Assembly (NCBI RefSeq): GCF_006345805.1
Contig: NC_043002.1
Location: forward strand, 82,274,001-82,338,000
DNA: 64,000 nt
Direction of reading: 5' to 3'
Origin: Octopus sinensis
Taxonomy: Eukaryota
In this document: piece by piece, positions 27,381 to 40,250 of the stretch
Layout: the number at the start of each line of letters is the position of its first letter
Position numbering within the stretch: position 1 is the first letter of the stretch
Made by a program: the position numbers and the translations under genes
Notes under the pieces: generated by a model
Database searches by the model: none
The model's input: the letters and a program-made list of their open reading frames with translations, nothing else
Told to the model about the DNA's origin: nothing

Positions 27381-28229
27381 AGTAGTAGTAGTAGTTGTAG
27401 TAGTAGTAATGATGATTTCCTTATTAACCATGGAGGGTTTACATTTAGATATTATTTTTTAGTATTTTATAAGGTAAAATCTTAAATTATTGACACATTA
27501 CTTATCTTATAACAGCAATGTCTGTAAAAATCATGGATTGCATGGGAAAATGCAAGCATTAAAAATAAGATTCTTAAGATTATAAACCTGGAAAAGTACA
27601 GGACAAGTTATTACATCTGTAAGAGTATAGGACAAGCTATTACTTCAAGTAAAGAATAAGAAACTTTTTACTTAAAATATTGCAGCTAAAATTAAAATTT
27701 TCAATATTAAAAATTATTTTATTATAGTTTTCAAATAACACTATACATATTTAAGTACAATTTGGCTAATTTACTACTTTAAATACAGAAAATAGTGACT
27801 AATTAGAAAAACTTGCAAATTAGCTGAACAGTTTTGTGCAATAAAAGATGAGAACTTTAAAGAGTGATAAATTAGAAGAACTGGCAATATTTTAAGTAAA
27901 AAGTTTCTTATTCTTTATTTTACTTGAAGTAGTAGTTTGTCCTATACGTTAACAGGTGTAATAACTTGTCCCATACTTTTCCAGGTTTATAATCTTAAGA
28001 ATATTACTTTTCATGCTTGCATTTTTCCATGTATATATATATATATACTAGCAGAGATACCCGGCGTTGCCCGGTTACATTCATTTGAAGAATTAGACCT
28101 TTCTGTTATATATATATATATGGATACACACCCATACACACATATATATGTATATTAATATAAATACATGAAAGTACATGAAGTTTGTTTAAAAAAAGGG
28201 ATCATGTATATACCTCCTGGCTGTTGAGA

Positions 28230-31110
28230 TTATAACACCTCGTTATAAACAATGTTCCTTGTTTTTCCTTGTGGAGCATATACAAAAAGGTTTCTTTTGT
28301 TTCCTACTCTTGAGCAGCCAACATACAGTTGTCCATGCGAGAAGCAGGGTTCTTCCAAGAGAAGACCAGCTACAGAGAGGGTTTGACCCTGAGATTTGTT
28401 AATGGACATGGCAGAGCTGACACGAAGGGGGAATTGCAGTCTTCTGAATGTAAATGGAATTTCTGCTCCTGATGGAGTAAGAGGAATTCTTGGAATAAAG
28501 ACGTCATCACCTTTTCCACATCCAGAAAGAATGATCGCCTCGATAACGTGTGACATCATTTTCTTTATCACCAGTCATGTTCCATTGCAAAGTCTTGGTG
28601 GTTCCAGATTGCGGAGTAGCATTACAGGAGTTCCAACTTTAAGTGCTAATATGTGTGGAGTGTGGAGGTAGCCCAGGAGACTCCAGTGAATTGAGAAATT
28701 CAGGAGGATAGTTCACAACTTCATTTATATCTGAAATTGTATCAACAGACTTGTAAGTGTGTATAGTGCCGGGAAGAGAATGCATTAGCTGTTGATTAAT
28801 TTTGTTAACAGCGACGTTTTTTGGAGCTAATATTGCTCTTTCACACAGCCAATTGTGATTTTGGTAGTTTTGTGTGAAGTTGGGAAAGACTTTGTTTTTG
28901 AGGTCATCTACAGAATTAACAACAGAGGAAAATGATCACACTTCCATTTGTCCTGCAGCATCGAGAGGCATCCTGCCGTCACCAAGTGTCAAAATGTCCT
29001 GTGCAAACTTTGTGGACATTTTGTCGCCGTGTAGCGGTGAGACTGAGGATTGTAACATGATGCCACAGGGTAGAGGACTTTAGGCATGCTTGGACTTCAT
29101 CTGCTCTAGTGCCTTTCAGAATGACAGGAAGAGTTTGCCTGAAATCACCTGACAACAGAAGCGTTACACCTCCCATTGGAGCCTGACAGTCTCGGATATC
29201 TTTCAGGGCTCTATCTAATGCTTCCAAAGCTCCCTTGTGAGCCATAGTGCACTCATCCCAGACAATTAGATGACACATTTTAAGAACTTATCCCTGGTCT
29301 GAGCTTTTGTTGATGTTGCATGAAGGCATTTTGGATGCTGCTAAATTGAGAGGGAGTTGAGTGTGCTGTCCTGCTACCGGGTAACAAAGTAGCTGCAATG
29401 CTAGAGGAGGCTACAGCTACTGCAATGTCCTGATGCTGCCTAACTTCTGCAAGAAGAAGCTTTGTAATAAATGTTTTTCCTGTCCCTCCAGGAGCATCGA
29501 GGAAGAAGATTCATCCCTCGCGTTGGCGTACACTGTTAAGAATAGTTCTGTAGGCCTGCAGCTGGTCTGGAAGTAATTTAGGCTCATTTTCAACAATGTA
29601 CTTTGAAAGCGCTTGAGTGTCATAGGTTGTTTCACGAATGACAGCAGTGGGAAGGCTATTTGACCCTGACCAGAACGCTTGTGGCAGGCCATACGTCAAC
29701 AATTCATTTCCACCCAGTTTAGCAATTCTGTCTTCAATGTCAATGAGTGTTTTGTTATAGATTCATTGCTGATACCCTCCATGTCAGGATAGAGCAGTTG
29801 AGCTTGGCGCTGAAAGTCTTCAGCCAGGTTGTCTCTATATTTGAGCCATAGAGTGGCTGGATCACACAGTTCGCATGCCTGTAGTAATACTGCAAATAGT
29901 GCCCTGAGACTTTTAGGTGATTGTGATAAAGCAGCCTCTCCTAAAGTTGCATCCCATTGTGCACCATCTTCTAACAGGCCTTGTCGATAGCAGGCTTCTC
30001 TGTATGTTGTGCAGACATGTCCATGAACGGTTTTTAGGGCCTGGAAAGACGTTGGCCCTCTGACCTCATGCAGTAGTAGACGAAGGTAGAAGCACTCTTG
30101 TTGAGTGGGATGCACTATGTATACTTGCCCAAGGCAAGTGTGAAACTTAATGCCAGGGTATCTATGAACATTTTGACCTGCTTTCCGTGGGGCCCATTTT
30201 TTTTCATTCCAAGTGTAGTACGATCGAATCTGTGGATACAGCAAGGTTTGAGCAAATGGATCCACTTGACAAAGCTTGAAGAATGCAGTGAGTGTGCTAT
30301 CCCTTGGTTCCTCTGCCAACAGAGAAGCATTAGCATCAGTGAAGTACACTCTTTGACCATTTCCAGGTGCACTGCAAGCTGTTGAATGGCAGGGTGTCGT
30401 TGGTGAATTGGAAAGCCAAAGATGCGCCAGAAAGCCTCATTGCTACTTATGTACCGTCCCACCTGATAATGCGTCACCTCATCCTGGCAGTATTCTTGTT
30501 GAAGTCCAAACATTGCAGTGTCAGAACCCTTGTTTACATATTTGCAAACGTACTTGATGGATTTAACGGAGTTGCAAAACTCAACATTGATGTGGGCATT
30601 GAAAGTCTTTGACAGGAGTGGGCAGTATGGAACAATCCATATATTATCAATATCGTGCTGTCTGATAGTTGCTGTGAAACCTCCGTCTTCTGGTTTTCTG
30701 CGTCTGTATGATGGATACCCATCAGCACCTGTCTGAGTTTCTTGTAGGAACCTCTTTGGAAATCTTTTTGAACATATGCTGTCCTTCAAGCATGGTGAGT
30801 TTATGTTGAATCCACGCCCACATGGACCATGTACCATGTTTGCTTTAACTATTTCGTATAGTTCTTTGTCTAAAGCTGGACCAGGAAGCTCTGCAGAGAT
30901 TATGTTGTCAATGTCATTGGAATTGATCTTCGCTGAGAGCCAAAGCAGGATATGAGCATGTGGAAGGCCCCTTTTTTGCCACTCGATTGTGTACATGTCA
31001 CATTGTATGGCCCAAAGACTTGCCCTTTTTGTATGAGCTCCATGAGAGAGATTAACTTCAGATGGAAAACTCAGGCGTTGAGATTCCGGTTCGAATGTAA
31101 GGCAGGTTTG
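28230..31110 (-). pseudogene. Frameshifted Helitron Rep/PIF1 helicase
   Basis: HUH motif EWQKRGLPHAHILLW (HAH at 30952-30960), YVCKYVNKG, Walker A DAPGGTGKT (GGTGKT at 29472-29489), Walker B IVWDE, GDFRQTLPV and INKSQGQT...HGQLYVGCSRV. Motifs are spread over several frames. Confidence 0.93.
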
Positions 31111-31139
31111 AAAGTGTTCCCAACAGTTATTAGTTGTAG

Positions 31140-31345
31140 TAGTAAAGTGTTTATGCCGAATATGTACGTATGCATGTATATATATGTATGTATGCCTGTA
31201 TATATGTACAAACTCCACTGAGAAGGCTTTTGTTGGTCTGAGGCTACAGCAGAAGACACATGCCAAGTTACCACACAGTGGGACTGAACCCAGGACCATG
31301 TGTTTGGAACATAGTTTGTTACCACACAGCCACACCTGCCCCTAT
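31140..31345 (-). mobile_element. Family A SINE 5' half nested in the Helitron
   Basis: Family A head and core in reverse, interrupting the Helitron upstream of Rep homology. Confidence 0.8.
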
Positions 31346-32514
31346 GTATGTGTGTGTGTGTGTGCGTATGTGTGTATGGGTAGATATATTATGCATGTAT
31401 ATATGTGTATATATATGTGTACATATTACATGTACATCTATATATATATACATCTACACATAAAATACAAAATACAAAGTTATATCTTGATATCGCTAGT
31501 GATAACAATACTCAAAATATATAACAGACTGGAATTGTAGGCCCGTCTCTTGCAATTTCGATCAATTGGATCTTGTCCTCCCTCTTGTATAGAAGTGTAC
31601 GGCTGCAGCGAAATTCATTTTTGGACTTGCTTCTATCAAAGGCATTTTAACAAAAATGCTTCCGTAAAGACAGTGAAAATATTGTCAATTTCCCCAAACA
31701 GGGACACAATTCAATTTTTAAACAATAACCAAAAGGGGGAGGGTTACAGTTTACAATTATTTAACAAATGCAACACAACAACGTTTCCCTGACAAGGAAC
31801 CAACAAACGTGATTACAATAGTCAAACAGTAATGATAATAACAACAAACCTTTTTAATTTATCCCCATTTATGTGAAACCACTTATTCAAGTTCAAGTCA
31901 TTGATGCAATTTTATACGAATTGCTAATACACATACGCACACACACACACATAATAAGGGTAAAAAATTGAATATTAATTTGATTAATATGAATTGAAAA
32001 CCAGTGGTGTAACAAATAAGACCATAGTTTCAGTATTAAAGTGAAAGTGTCTGCATTACAAAAGAGAGATGTTTTTGTTTCACTTTTAACACAATACTGA
32101 AATAGGTGAGAAGATATGATATTGCTGTGGGGTCACCCTAGGGAAAAAGTTAAGATTTTTTTGCCGATGACACTCCCCGGACCTTAAGTAAGGCATGTGT
32201 AAAATTTGAATGAAATTGGTTGTGTAGTTCTCAAGTTTTAGAGAAACACACAAACAGACAGACAGACACACACATTCTCAGTTTTATATATATAGAGATA
32301 CAAGATATATCATATGAAAAATGGAGAATTATTCATCTTCAGCATTTATATATTTAAGCATTCTGTTCAAATTACATTCTGAATATGTGTTTCTGTTGGA
32401 TAAATGTCCGAGTAAACTTTGATGTAACTCATGATTTACCAACAAAATAGAATGCAGTTTAATCAGTTATCTTTGGTGATTTTAAATGTTTCATATCATT
32501 TGATGTAGTTAGCT

Positions 32515-32559
<45 letters not shown>

Positions 32560-32689
32560 TATATATCGTTTTTGCATTTGGTTTGCAAGATTCTTTATGT
32601 GAATTTGTGTGGTTGAAGTATATTTTATTGTCTGGGGAGAGTCATTCTCTTTTAGTGCCTATAACGCAGGTTATAGGAACATAAACCTT

Positions 32690-32825
32690 CTTCCATGAAA
32701 AGATAGCTTAAACTGTGCTCTAAATAGAGGTGTTGTCAAATCCTATTTTATGGACTCAACCATGTTCTAAAATAAGTCGAAAGGTAAGCTACTATAAATT
32801 GGAACAAACTTTCCGGACAACCTGA
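32690..32825 (-). mobile_element. Solo mariner-like terminus
   Basis: Minus strand TA|TCAGGTTGTCCGGAAAGTTTGTTCC resembles mariner TIRs. No partner TIR found. Confidence 0.5.
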
Positions 32826-33429
32826 TATATAATGGCATGAAATTGCGCTCAACGTCCTGGCCAATAACTGATGTGGAATTTGTGACCTGTGTTTGTTCCC
32901 TGTTGGTCTGTGTGTTCAGTGCATTTAGTATGACTTTCTGTCCATTTGTTTATTACTATACACATTTGACTTCTGAAAATACTATTCATGTCATGCAATG
33001 AACTCCTTATTTTCGACCCATATATATAAGTTATCTACTTAGCATTTAAAATCAGCAGAAATATTGCCAGCAAGCAGTTTAGCTTCATGGTAAAGCACTC
33101 AGCGGTATCTTGGGGGATGTGGGTTTGACTCCTATGGCTGTTTGTTGACAACTTTTTCTGCCTTGTAAGGGTAATATTGCCCAAATTTTCTGTTGTTTTA
33201 ACGCGATACTGCATTTGAAAATATAATTTTGTTGTCTGCATTGTATGATGCACATTCAATGCTTCTAAAAAACAAATGTAAGTTTGTTTATATACACATG
33301 TGATTGTATTATATATATATATATACATGTATGTGTATATATATATATATGAGAGAAAGAAAATGGAAATTACAAGTCTCTTTTTAAACAGCATATGACA
33401 AAGTGTATACCTGAATATAAAATTATTTA

Positions 33430-33790
33430 TAGGCATGGCTATGTGGTTAGAAGCTTGTTTCCCAACCACATAGTTTGGGGTTCAGTCCCACAGCATGGCA
33501 CCTTGGGCAAGTGTCTTCTACTATAGCTTTATGAATGGGTATAATAGATGGAAATTGAAAGAAGCCCATTTATCTATGAGTGTGTATCATTTTGTCTGTT
33601 TTGTCTCCCCACTACTACATGACAACTGGTGCTGGTGTGTTTTACATCTCCATAAATTTGTGATTCGGCAAAAGAGACCAATAAAATAAGTACTGGGATC
33701 AAAACATTAAACTATAAATTCTTCAAGGCAGTGCCCCAGCATGGCCACAATCTTATGACTGAAACAAGTAAAACGTAAAAGAAAAAGATA
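33430..33790 (+). mobile_element. Family A SINE
   Basis: Head, core and tail are all recognisable. Confidence 0.8.
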
Positions 33791-33799
33791 TACATATAA

Positions 33800-33970
33800 A
33801 ATATGTTTCTTTCAGTTTCTGTCAATCAAATCTATTTACAAGGTTTTGGTCAGCCTTTAGGCTATGGTAGAATAGTAGAAGACACTTACTTGCCTGAAGT
33901 ACCATGCAGTGGTACTGAACCTGGAACCATGTGGTTGAGAAGCAAACTTCTTACCACACAGCCATGCCTG
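33800..33970 (-). mobile_element. Family A SINE 5' half
   Basis: Reverse complement of the head and core. Confidence 0.75.
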
Positions 33971-34209
33971 CATCTTACACTAAACTTTTTGCTCCCTTAT
34001 TAAGAGCTTGTACATTAATTTAAATTACTTTGAAATGATTTTTCGCATGAACCAGGATTATAACTGTTAATCTTGACAGAACACTCTAAGCATTATCTCA
34101 AAGTAGTTAATTTACTTCTTCATGCTTTACAGAAGTAAGTTTTTAACCCTACAACCAGGACACGGTAAACATGGCATATGAACCATCATATTAAGATTGC
34201 CTTTCTGCT

Positions 34210-34249
<40 letters not shown>

Positions 34250-34494
34250 GATACATACATACATGTAAACACACACATGCATGTTTATATATTTGTATAT
34301 ATATATATATATATATACTTAGTACATTCTTTGATTAATTTTAATATATGTATGTATGTATGTATGTATGGATTAAAATGGAGAAAACAAAATATTTGGC
34401 ATCATTCAAGAACATTTTATTTAGATAGGGAATATAAACAGATATATATGTATCTATGTGTATGTATGTATGTATGTATGTATGTATATGTGCA

Positions 34495-34526
<32 letters not shown>

Positions 34527-35424
34527 CGTGCGCACGCTCATATATGATCTACTTTCTAGTGTATGGAAGTGGGGTATCTAATTTGTGTTAATCCCAACAT
34601 ACAGTATCTTTTCTAACCCTGCACAGACCCTAAGGCTATGGTGAATAACCATTGAGTTATGGGAAAGCAATTTTTTAAAACGGTGGTGGATAAAAAATAT
34701 ATATATTGACATGGCTGTATGTTAAAAATTCCATTTCACATTCTGCTGTTGCTTTAGGTTGGCCAATAAGTATCTTAGGAGTGAAATTCAATAGACATGA
34801 ACTATGTAGAAGCTTGTTGCATATGTACACACATGCACGTGTATACAAGAGTGTGTGTGTGTGTAAAATTAGTACCTTGCAGGCAATACCCCAAACATAG
34901 CTGCTCTGCAATGATTGAAGCAAGTAAAAATATAAAAAATCATTATCATCATCATCATTGTTGTCATCATGATCATCATCGCTGCTGCCACTACCACCAC
35001 TAATGTTTCAATGTCTATTTTTTCATGCTTGCATGGGAAATGGAGTTTACAAAAGCAAGTCTTCTACAGCTGGGTGCCCTTCTTATCATCAATTCTCACT
35101 TGTTTCCAAACAAGGTAATATTTCTCTATGGCCAGACTTGTTTTTGCAGAACATTGGAAATGAATGATACCTCTTGCATGATGGTGACATCATCATCATT
35201 GTTTAATGACCATCTTCTGTGCTGGCATGGGCTAGACAGTTTGACAGGAGTCTGCACCAGACCTTTGTGTCTATTTTGGCAGGGTTTTTATGGCTGGATG
35301 CCCTTCCTAATGCCAACCACCCAGCAGAGGGGACCGAGTGCTTTTTACATGACACAAGAACACTCACTTATTAACTTGCATGCAATGTCATGACACATAC
35401 ACACACACACACATACACACACTA

Positions 35425-35617
35425 GGGGGTGCTGAAAAGTTCCGAGCTTTAAGGGTATTGTGAAAGGCCTGGCTGGAGGTTCAACCTCTTGAGTTCTTTT
35501 ACAGGGCTTAGAAAAACTGAAGGATCACCGAGACAGGAACACATTGAATAAAATCATAATTAACTGAACTCTTGTATTTTCTTTTACGCAAAGCCAGGAA
35601 CTTTTCAACTCCCATCT
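35425..35617 (+). mobile_element. mariner-derived MITE
   Basis: Left end TA|GGGGGTGCTGAAAAGTTCCGAGCTTT and right end AAAGCCAGGAACTTTTCAACTCCC form an imperfect TIR pair. Confidence 0.7.
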
Positions 35618-36384
35618 GCTATATCCACTCACAAGGCTTTGGTCAATCTGAGGCTAAAGTAAAAGACACTTGTTCATGGTGCTCTATAGTGGGGCTATAT
35701 CCAAAACCATGTGGTTGGGAAGCAAACTTTCTAACCACACAATCACAGGTTGTTGTTGTTTTTTTGTTTGTTTGTTTTTTTTGTTATTGAATTTTTTCCT
35801 CTTTTCCAGAAGAAACATTGATCTGCAAGTTTAAATACATAAATATACTTAAAGTTATTCATTAGATTTTTGGAAAAACTAATTTAATTGTTTTATCTAC
35901 TTATGCTTACCCAATAGCTGATCCTTTTAAAGCTATCTTTACAGATTAACAACAGATACATCTCTACCAATTGACCATCTGATAAATTAAGATTTAGGTC
36001 ATACAACAGAAGTTTATTGAGGTAGATTTGATTAATTGCCTTAAGTAGATTAAACAATTAGGTTGAGATTTTTCAATTTTACAGCTTTATTAATCTTAAT
36101 ATATATTTTATAATTTTTCAGGTTTCAGTCATTGAACTGCAGCCATACAGTCATATCAACCACAATTCTTATCTTTAAATCTGAACCTTATTTTATTGAA
36201 CTCTATCAGTCACAATGCTAAGTTGTGGAAGACAAAGAAACAAATGGAGGTGGGAACTTTCTCCATGAGGATACTGCCTAGAGAGCTATAATTGTTCAAA
36301 AGAAGAGTACTGATTGCTAAGTGGTGTCAACATCAACATGAGCATAGAAACAGACATACAAATCCACACATTCAGATAGACATA

Positions 36385-36712
36385 CTGGCACTCTGTTGAT
36401 TATGATGACGAGTGTTCCAGTTGATTTGATCAACAGAACAACCTGCTCATGAAATTAGCATGCAAGTGGCTAAGCACTCCACAGACATGCATACCCTGAA
36501 TGTAGTTCTCATGGAGATTCAGTGTAACACAGAGTATGATATGGCTGGCCCTTTTGAATTGCAGGTACTACTTATTTTTACCAGCTGAGTGGACTGGTGC
36601 AATGTGAAATAAAGTGTCTTGCTCAAGAACACAATGTACTGCCAGTTTCCAAACTCACAACCTTATGATTGGGAGCTGAGTACCCTAACCACTAAGTCAT
36701 GTGCCTTCACCT
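36385..36712 (-). mobile_element. tRNA-derived SINE family C
   Basis: Minus-strand head GAAGGCACATGACTTAGTGGTTAGGG and core GTTCTTGAGCAAGACACTT. A partial copy lies at about 47790-47885. Confidence 0.7.
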
Positions 36713-36724
36713 GATAGACACACA

Positions 36725-37420
36725 CAAACACATATGCTTCTCCTGTCCCACACATTCTTGTAGAGTCTGCCAAATGTGACATTGGCCTTGGTGAATCTGG
36801 CATTCACTTCATCACCAATGACAACAGTTCAAGACAACTGAACTTGTCCACTGCATTCACTTGTTGCTCATTAATATATCACTTTGGTTTTCTTTGCACC
36901 AGTCATTTGGCTGAGGTTGTTACAGATATCAGAAAACTTGCCAATACTGTACAACATATCAGACTCTGAGGTAGCATTGAAGGTACAATCATTGGAAAAT
37001 AGAAAGTCAGTCATGTTATTTGTTGAAACCCTAAATTTGCTTGAAGCCTTCTGACACTGTAGACTGAGCCATCAGTATGGTCTTTGATACCAATGGCAGT
37101 AACTGAGTCAGAATTTTCAACTTTGAAAACATCTATCACTATAACTGAAAACATGAGGATGAACAGAGTGGAAGTAAAGATACAACCCTGTTTCACTCTA
37201 CTGGAAACAGAAAACAACTCTAATGTCTGTCTGTTGTCTTGAAATTTGGCCAGCATGCTATCATGTAGCTTTTGTACGATGGTGATGAATATTCTGGGGC
37301 ATCCAAACTTTGCCATGATTCTCCAGTGCTCTTTCCTACTCAGTATTGAAAGCCTTGGTTGATGCAGGTGAAGTATAAGTCAGCATTCTGTTCTTGAAGC
37401 TTCTCCTAAAGCTGTCCAGC
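36725..37420 (-). pseudogene. RTE-BovB-like reverse transcriptase fragment
   Basis: KFGCPRIFITIVQKLHD, VKQGCIF, TDGSVYSVRRLQA and degenerate LFSNDC (from LFADDC). Confidence 0.85.
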
Positions 37421-37519
37421 AGCAACAGACACCATTCTGATGATCACATGTTCTTTCCTGAAGTCACACTGGCATCTGGAAATAAATGAATAAATAAATA
37501 AATGAATAAAAGCACACAC

Positions 37520-37830
37520 ACGCATACACACATATATATAAATATGTAAAAGAATACAAAAAAATGGGACAAGAATGTGACAGGCAACAACAAAACATCC
37601 AGTCTGATGGATGATACAAAAAGGGACATGAAAAAACAAGGATGGGTCATTCAGAGTTTTCTTTCATCAGTCGATTTCCGGATTATCTTTGCAGTTTCAG
37701 CTGGTTATACTCAAGACTGCTCCAATCTGGCCAGCTCCAAGGAAAATCTAAGCTAAGAGCACTAGATTCCTTGGAAGAAAGCAGCAAATACATACAAAAA
37801 CAAGGATGGAAAAAAAACAGAGAAATGGTA
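37520..37830. repeat. Dispersed repeat, partly duplicated at 38860-38985
   Basis: ACAAAACATCCAG...GATGATACAAAAAGGGACATGAAAAAACAAGGATG occurs twice, about 1.3 kb apart. Family not determined. Confidence 0.7.
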
Positions 37831-37849
37831 CACAAATACAAATGTATGT

Positions 37850-38152
37850 ATCATCATCATCATCATCATCATCGTTTAACATCCGCTTTCCATGTTGGCA
37901 TGGGTTGGACGGTTTGACTGAGGACTGGCGAGCCAGATGGCTGCACCAGGCTCCAATCTGATCTGGCAGAGTTTCTACAGCTGGATGCTCTTCTTAACGC
38001 CAATCACTCTGAGACTGTAGTGGGTGCTTTTACGTACCACAGGTACAAGGGCCAGTCATGTGGTACTGGTGACAGTCACGCTCAAATGGTGTTTTTTATG
38101 TGCCACCTGCACAGGAGCCAGTCCAGTGGCACTGGCAATGACCTCGCTTGAA
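37850..38152 (-). mobile_element. RTE 3'UTR remnant with (GAT)n tail
   Basis: Same family as 15285-15567. Confidence 0.85.
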
Positions 38153-38481
38153 TGTTGTATATATATATATATATTATACAGACAAGGCAATATTTTGAAC
38201 AGAGTATAGCCATGAAAACAGCAGGAAGATTGAGTATTATTACTCTTATAAGACAGAAAATATTTGTCATGTTATTGTTGCATTCCAAAGAAAAGCTATG
38301 CATTTAGCACTTAATTTGACAGAGATTATTGTCAGCAAGCACTTTAGCTTAATGATTGAATACTAATCTTCCTGTTGTTTTTATGACCATTCTGCAATCA
38401 AAATATTACCTTCTTGTCTGTGCAATGTGATATACGTTCAATACTTCTAAAATAAAATAAAAGTTTGTTTACATGTTGTTG

Positions 38482-38514
<33 letters not shown>

Positions 38515-38567
38515 GTGTGTGTGTGTAAACCAGTGTGTGTAAACCAGTTTTATTTTGCTTTAACCAC

Positions 38568-38603
38568 CTTTCTGTTGAAGAGTGTAAGCTCGAAACGTAA
38601 AAG
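38568..38603 (+). ncRNA. Minimal type I hammerhead-like motif with variant core, in a probable Penelope-type terminal repeat
   Basis: CTTT-CTGTTGA(A)-GAGT[GTAA]GCTC-GAAA-CGT-A-AAAG: 4-bp stem I, GNRA-capped stem II and palindromic ACGT stem III. Confidence 0.5.
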
Positions 38604-38782
38604 ACTTTCTCACCTTCCTGAGAGTCAAACTAATACACCTGCCTGTTTGTTTATACACCTGATAGATATATGTATGTATAAATAATAATAATAATAATAA
38701 TAATAATAGTAGGGAATATAATTCCCAACTTACAGGGAAAAATTCAATTTAGCAATTCTAAATCAAATTTCACAATATATAA

Positions 38783-38821
<39 letters not shown>

Positions 38822-39143
38822 TTACATATAAGAGACCAAAGTGTACATATGCTGCTATATGTATATAAACAAGAATGCAAAAAATGCGACAAGAACGCAA
38901 CAGGCGACAACAAAACATCCAGACAGTTGGATGATACAAAAAGGGACATGAAAAAACAAGGATGAGTCATTTGGAGTTTTCTATATAGTGTGAATAACAC
39001 CTTTCATTATTGAATTGTTTAATAGAGGTTTTTCTCTAAATTATATATATATATATATATATACATCATCTTCATCGTTTAACATCCACCTTCCATTCTG
39101 GCATGGGTGGGACAGTTCCACAAGAGCCAGCCAGGCCGAAGCC

Positions 39144-39302
39144 TGCACCAGACTTCTGTGACTGTTTTGGCAAGATTTTTACAGCTGGATGCCCTTCCTA
39201 ACATCAGCCACTCAGTAGATACCCACTCTGCTGAGTGGTTGATGTTAAGAAGGGCATCCAGCTGTAAAAATCTTGCCAAAACAGTCACAGAAGTCTGGTG
39301 TA
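39144..39302. repeat. Foldback inverted repeat, ~74-bp arms and 7-nt loop, derived from an RTE 3'UTR
   Basis: 39146-39219 pairs with 39227-39300 with two G-U pairs and one C-A mismatch. Confidence 0.92.
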
Positions 39303-39949
39303 AATGAGCATGAATGTTGAGTGAATGTTGAGTGAAATGGTGAGGCTGCTGAAATTCTTTTTTGACATTATGACTGTCCACTTTATTTTTGAAGACTTCC
39401 AGAATTAAAAAAAAAACCCTCAACTAGAAATCAGTCAACTGTTGGTGAGAGTAAGTGTATCTGGTTGTAAAACCAAACCCCAAATGACTTCTAACCAAAC
39501 ACGTTAAAATAGTATGAAAAAAATTGTATAATGAACATTAAATGAGAACAAGTATGATGGGGACTCCTGTTGATGTTAGTATAAGAGTCTAACAACTCTA
39601 TCTAATGCCTGCGTTTATGGGAAGACATTAAACAAACTTCAGATTTACAAATGAAACCCAAAATTCTCACAGATCACAGTGCGATCAGAAAGAGAAAGAC
39701 CATGAGCATAAGCGCAGGCACAAGCACAAGCACAACCACATGACAGGCTGCAGTCATGTGTGTGTGTGTGTGTATATGTGTATGATCATAAATATGTAGT
39801 TTGAAGATGTTATTTATCTTCTGTCTTAATTCTATTGTAGAGAACTGTCCAACCAACATATTTCCTATGTACTTTACATTAAATGCCAAAGAGTTACATG
39901 CAGGGTTCAAAACCTCGAAGGGTTTAGTCAAATAAATCAACACCAGTAC

Positions 39950-40250
39950 TTATTTTTAAGTCTAGTATTCATTTTATCAATCACTTTTGCCAAACTGCTA
40001 GGTTACAAGGTCATAAACAAAGCAACACTGGTTGTCAAGCAGTGGGAGGTGGACAGATACAACAAAGACACACATACACATGTACATGATAGGCTGCTTC
40101 ACAGTTTCCACATACCAAGTCCACTCAAAGGCACAGGTCCTCTCAGGGCTACAGTAGAAAACACTTGCCCAAGGTGTTGTGCAGTGGGACTGAACTCAAA
40201 ACCACAAGGTTTCAAAAAGAGCTTCTTAACCACACAGCCATGCCAGTGCC
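39950..40250 (-). mobile_element. Family A SINE
   Basis: Reverse complement of family A. Confidence 0.75.

Larger units (their letters stand above)
28048..32298 (-). mobile_element. Helitron with both termini, internally deleted (4251 bp)
   Basis: 5' end A|TCTCTATATATATAAAA at 32298. 3' end has a GC hairpin CCGGGCAACGCCGGG (28060-28074) then CTAG|T at 28048. It sits at an A^T junction with no TSD and carries a Rep-helicase pseudo-ORF. Confidence 0.9.

Noticed and set aside
30115-31335. 406-aa ORF as an intact gene
   Set aside because: It is a chimera: the N-terminus is a reversed SINE and only the middle is Helitron Rep. It then drifts out of frame.
37645-37670. Minus-strand CTGATGA...GAAT as a hammerhead
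   Set aside because: No pairable stem II, GAAT instead of GAAA, and no stem I or III complementarity.
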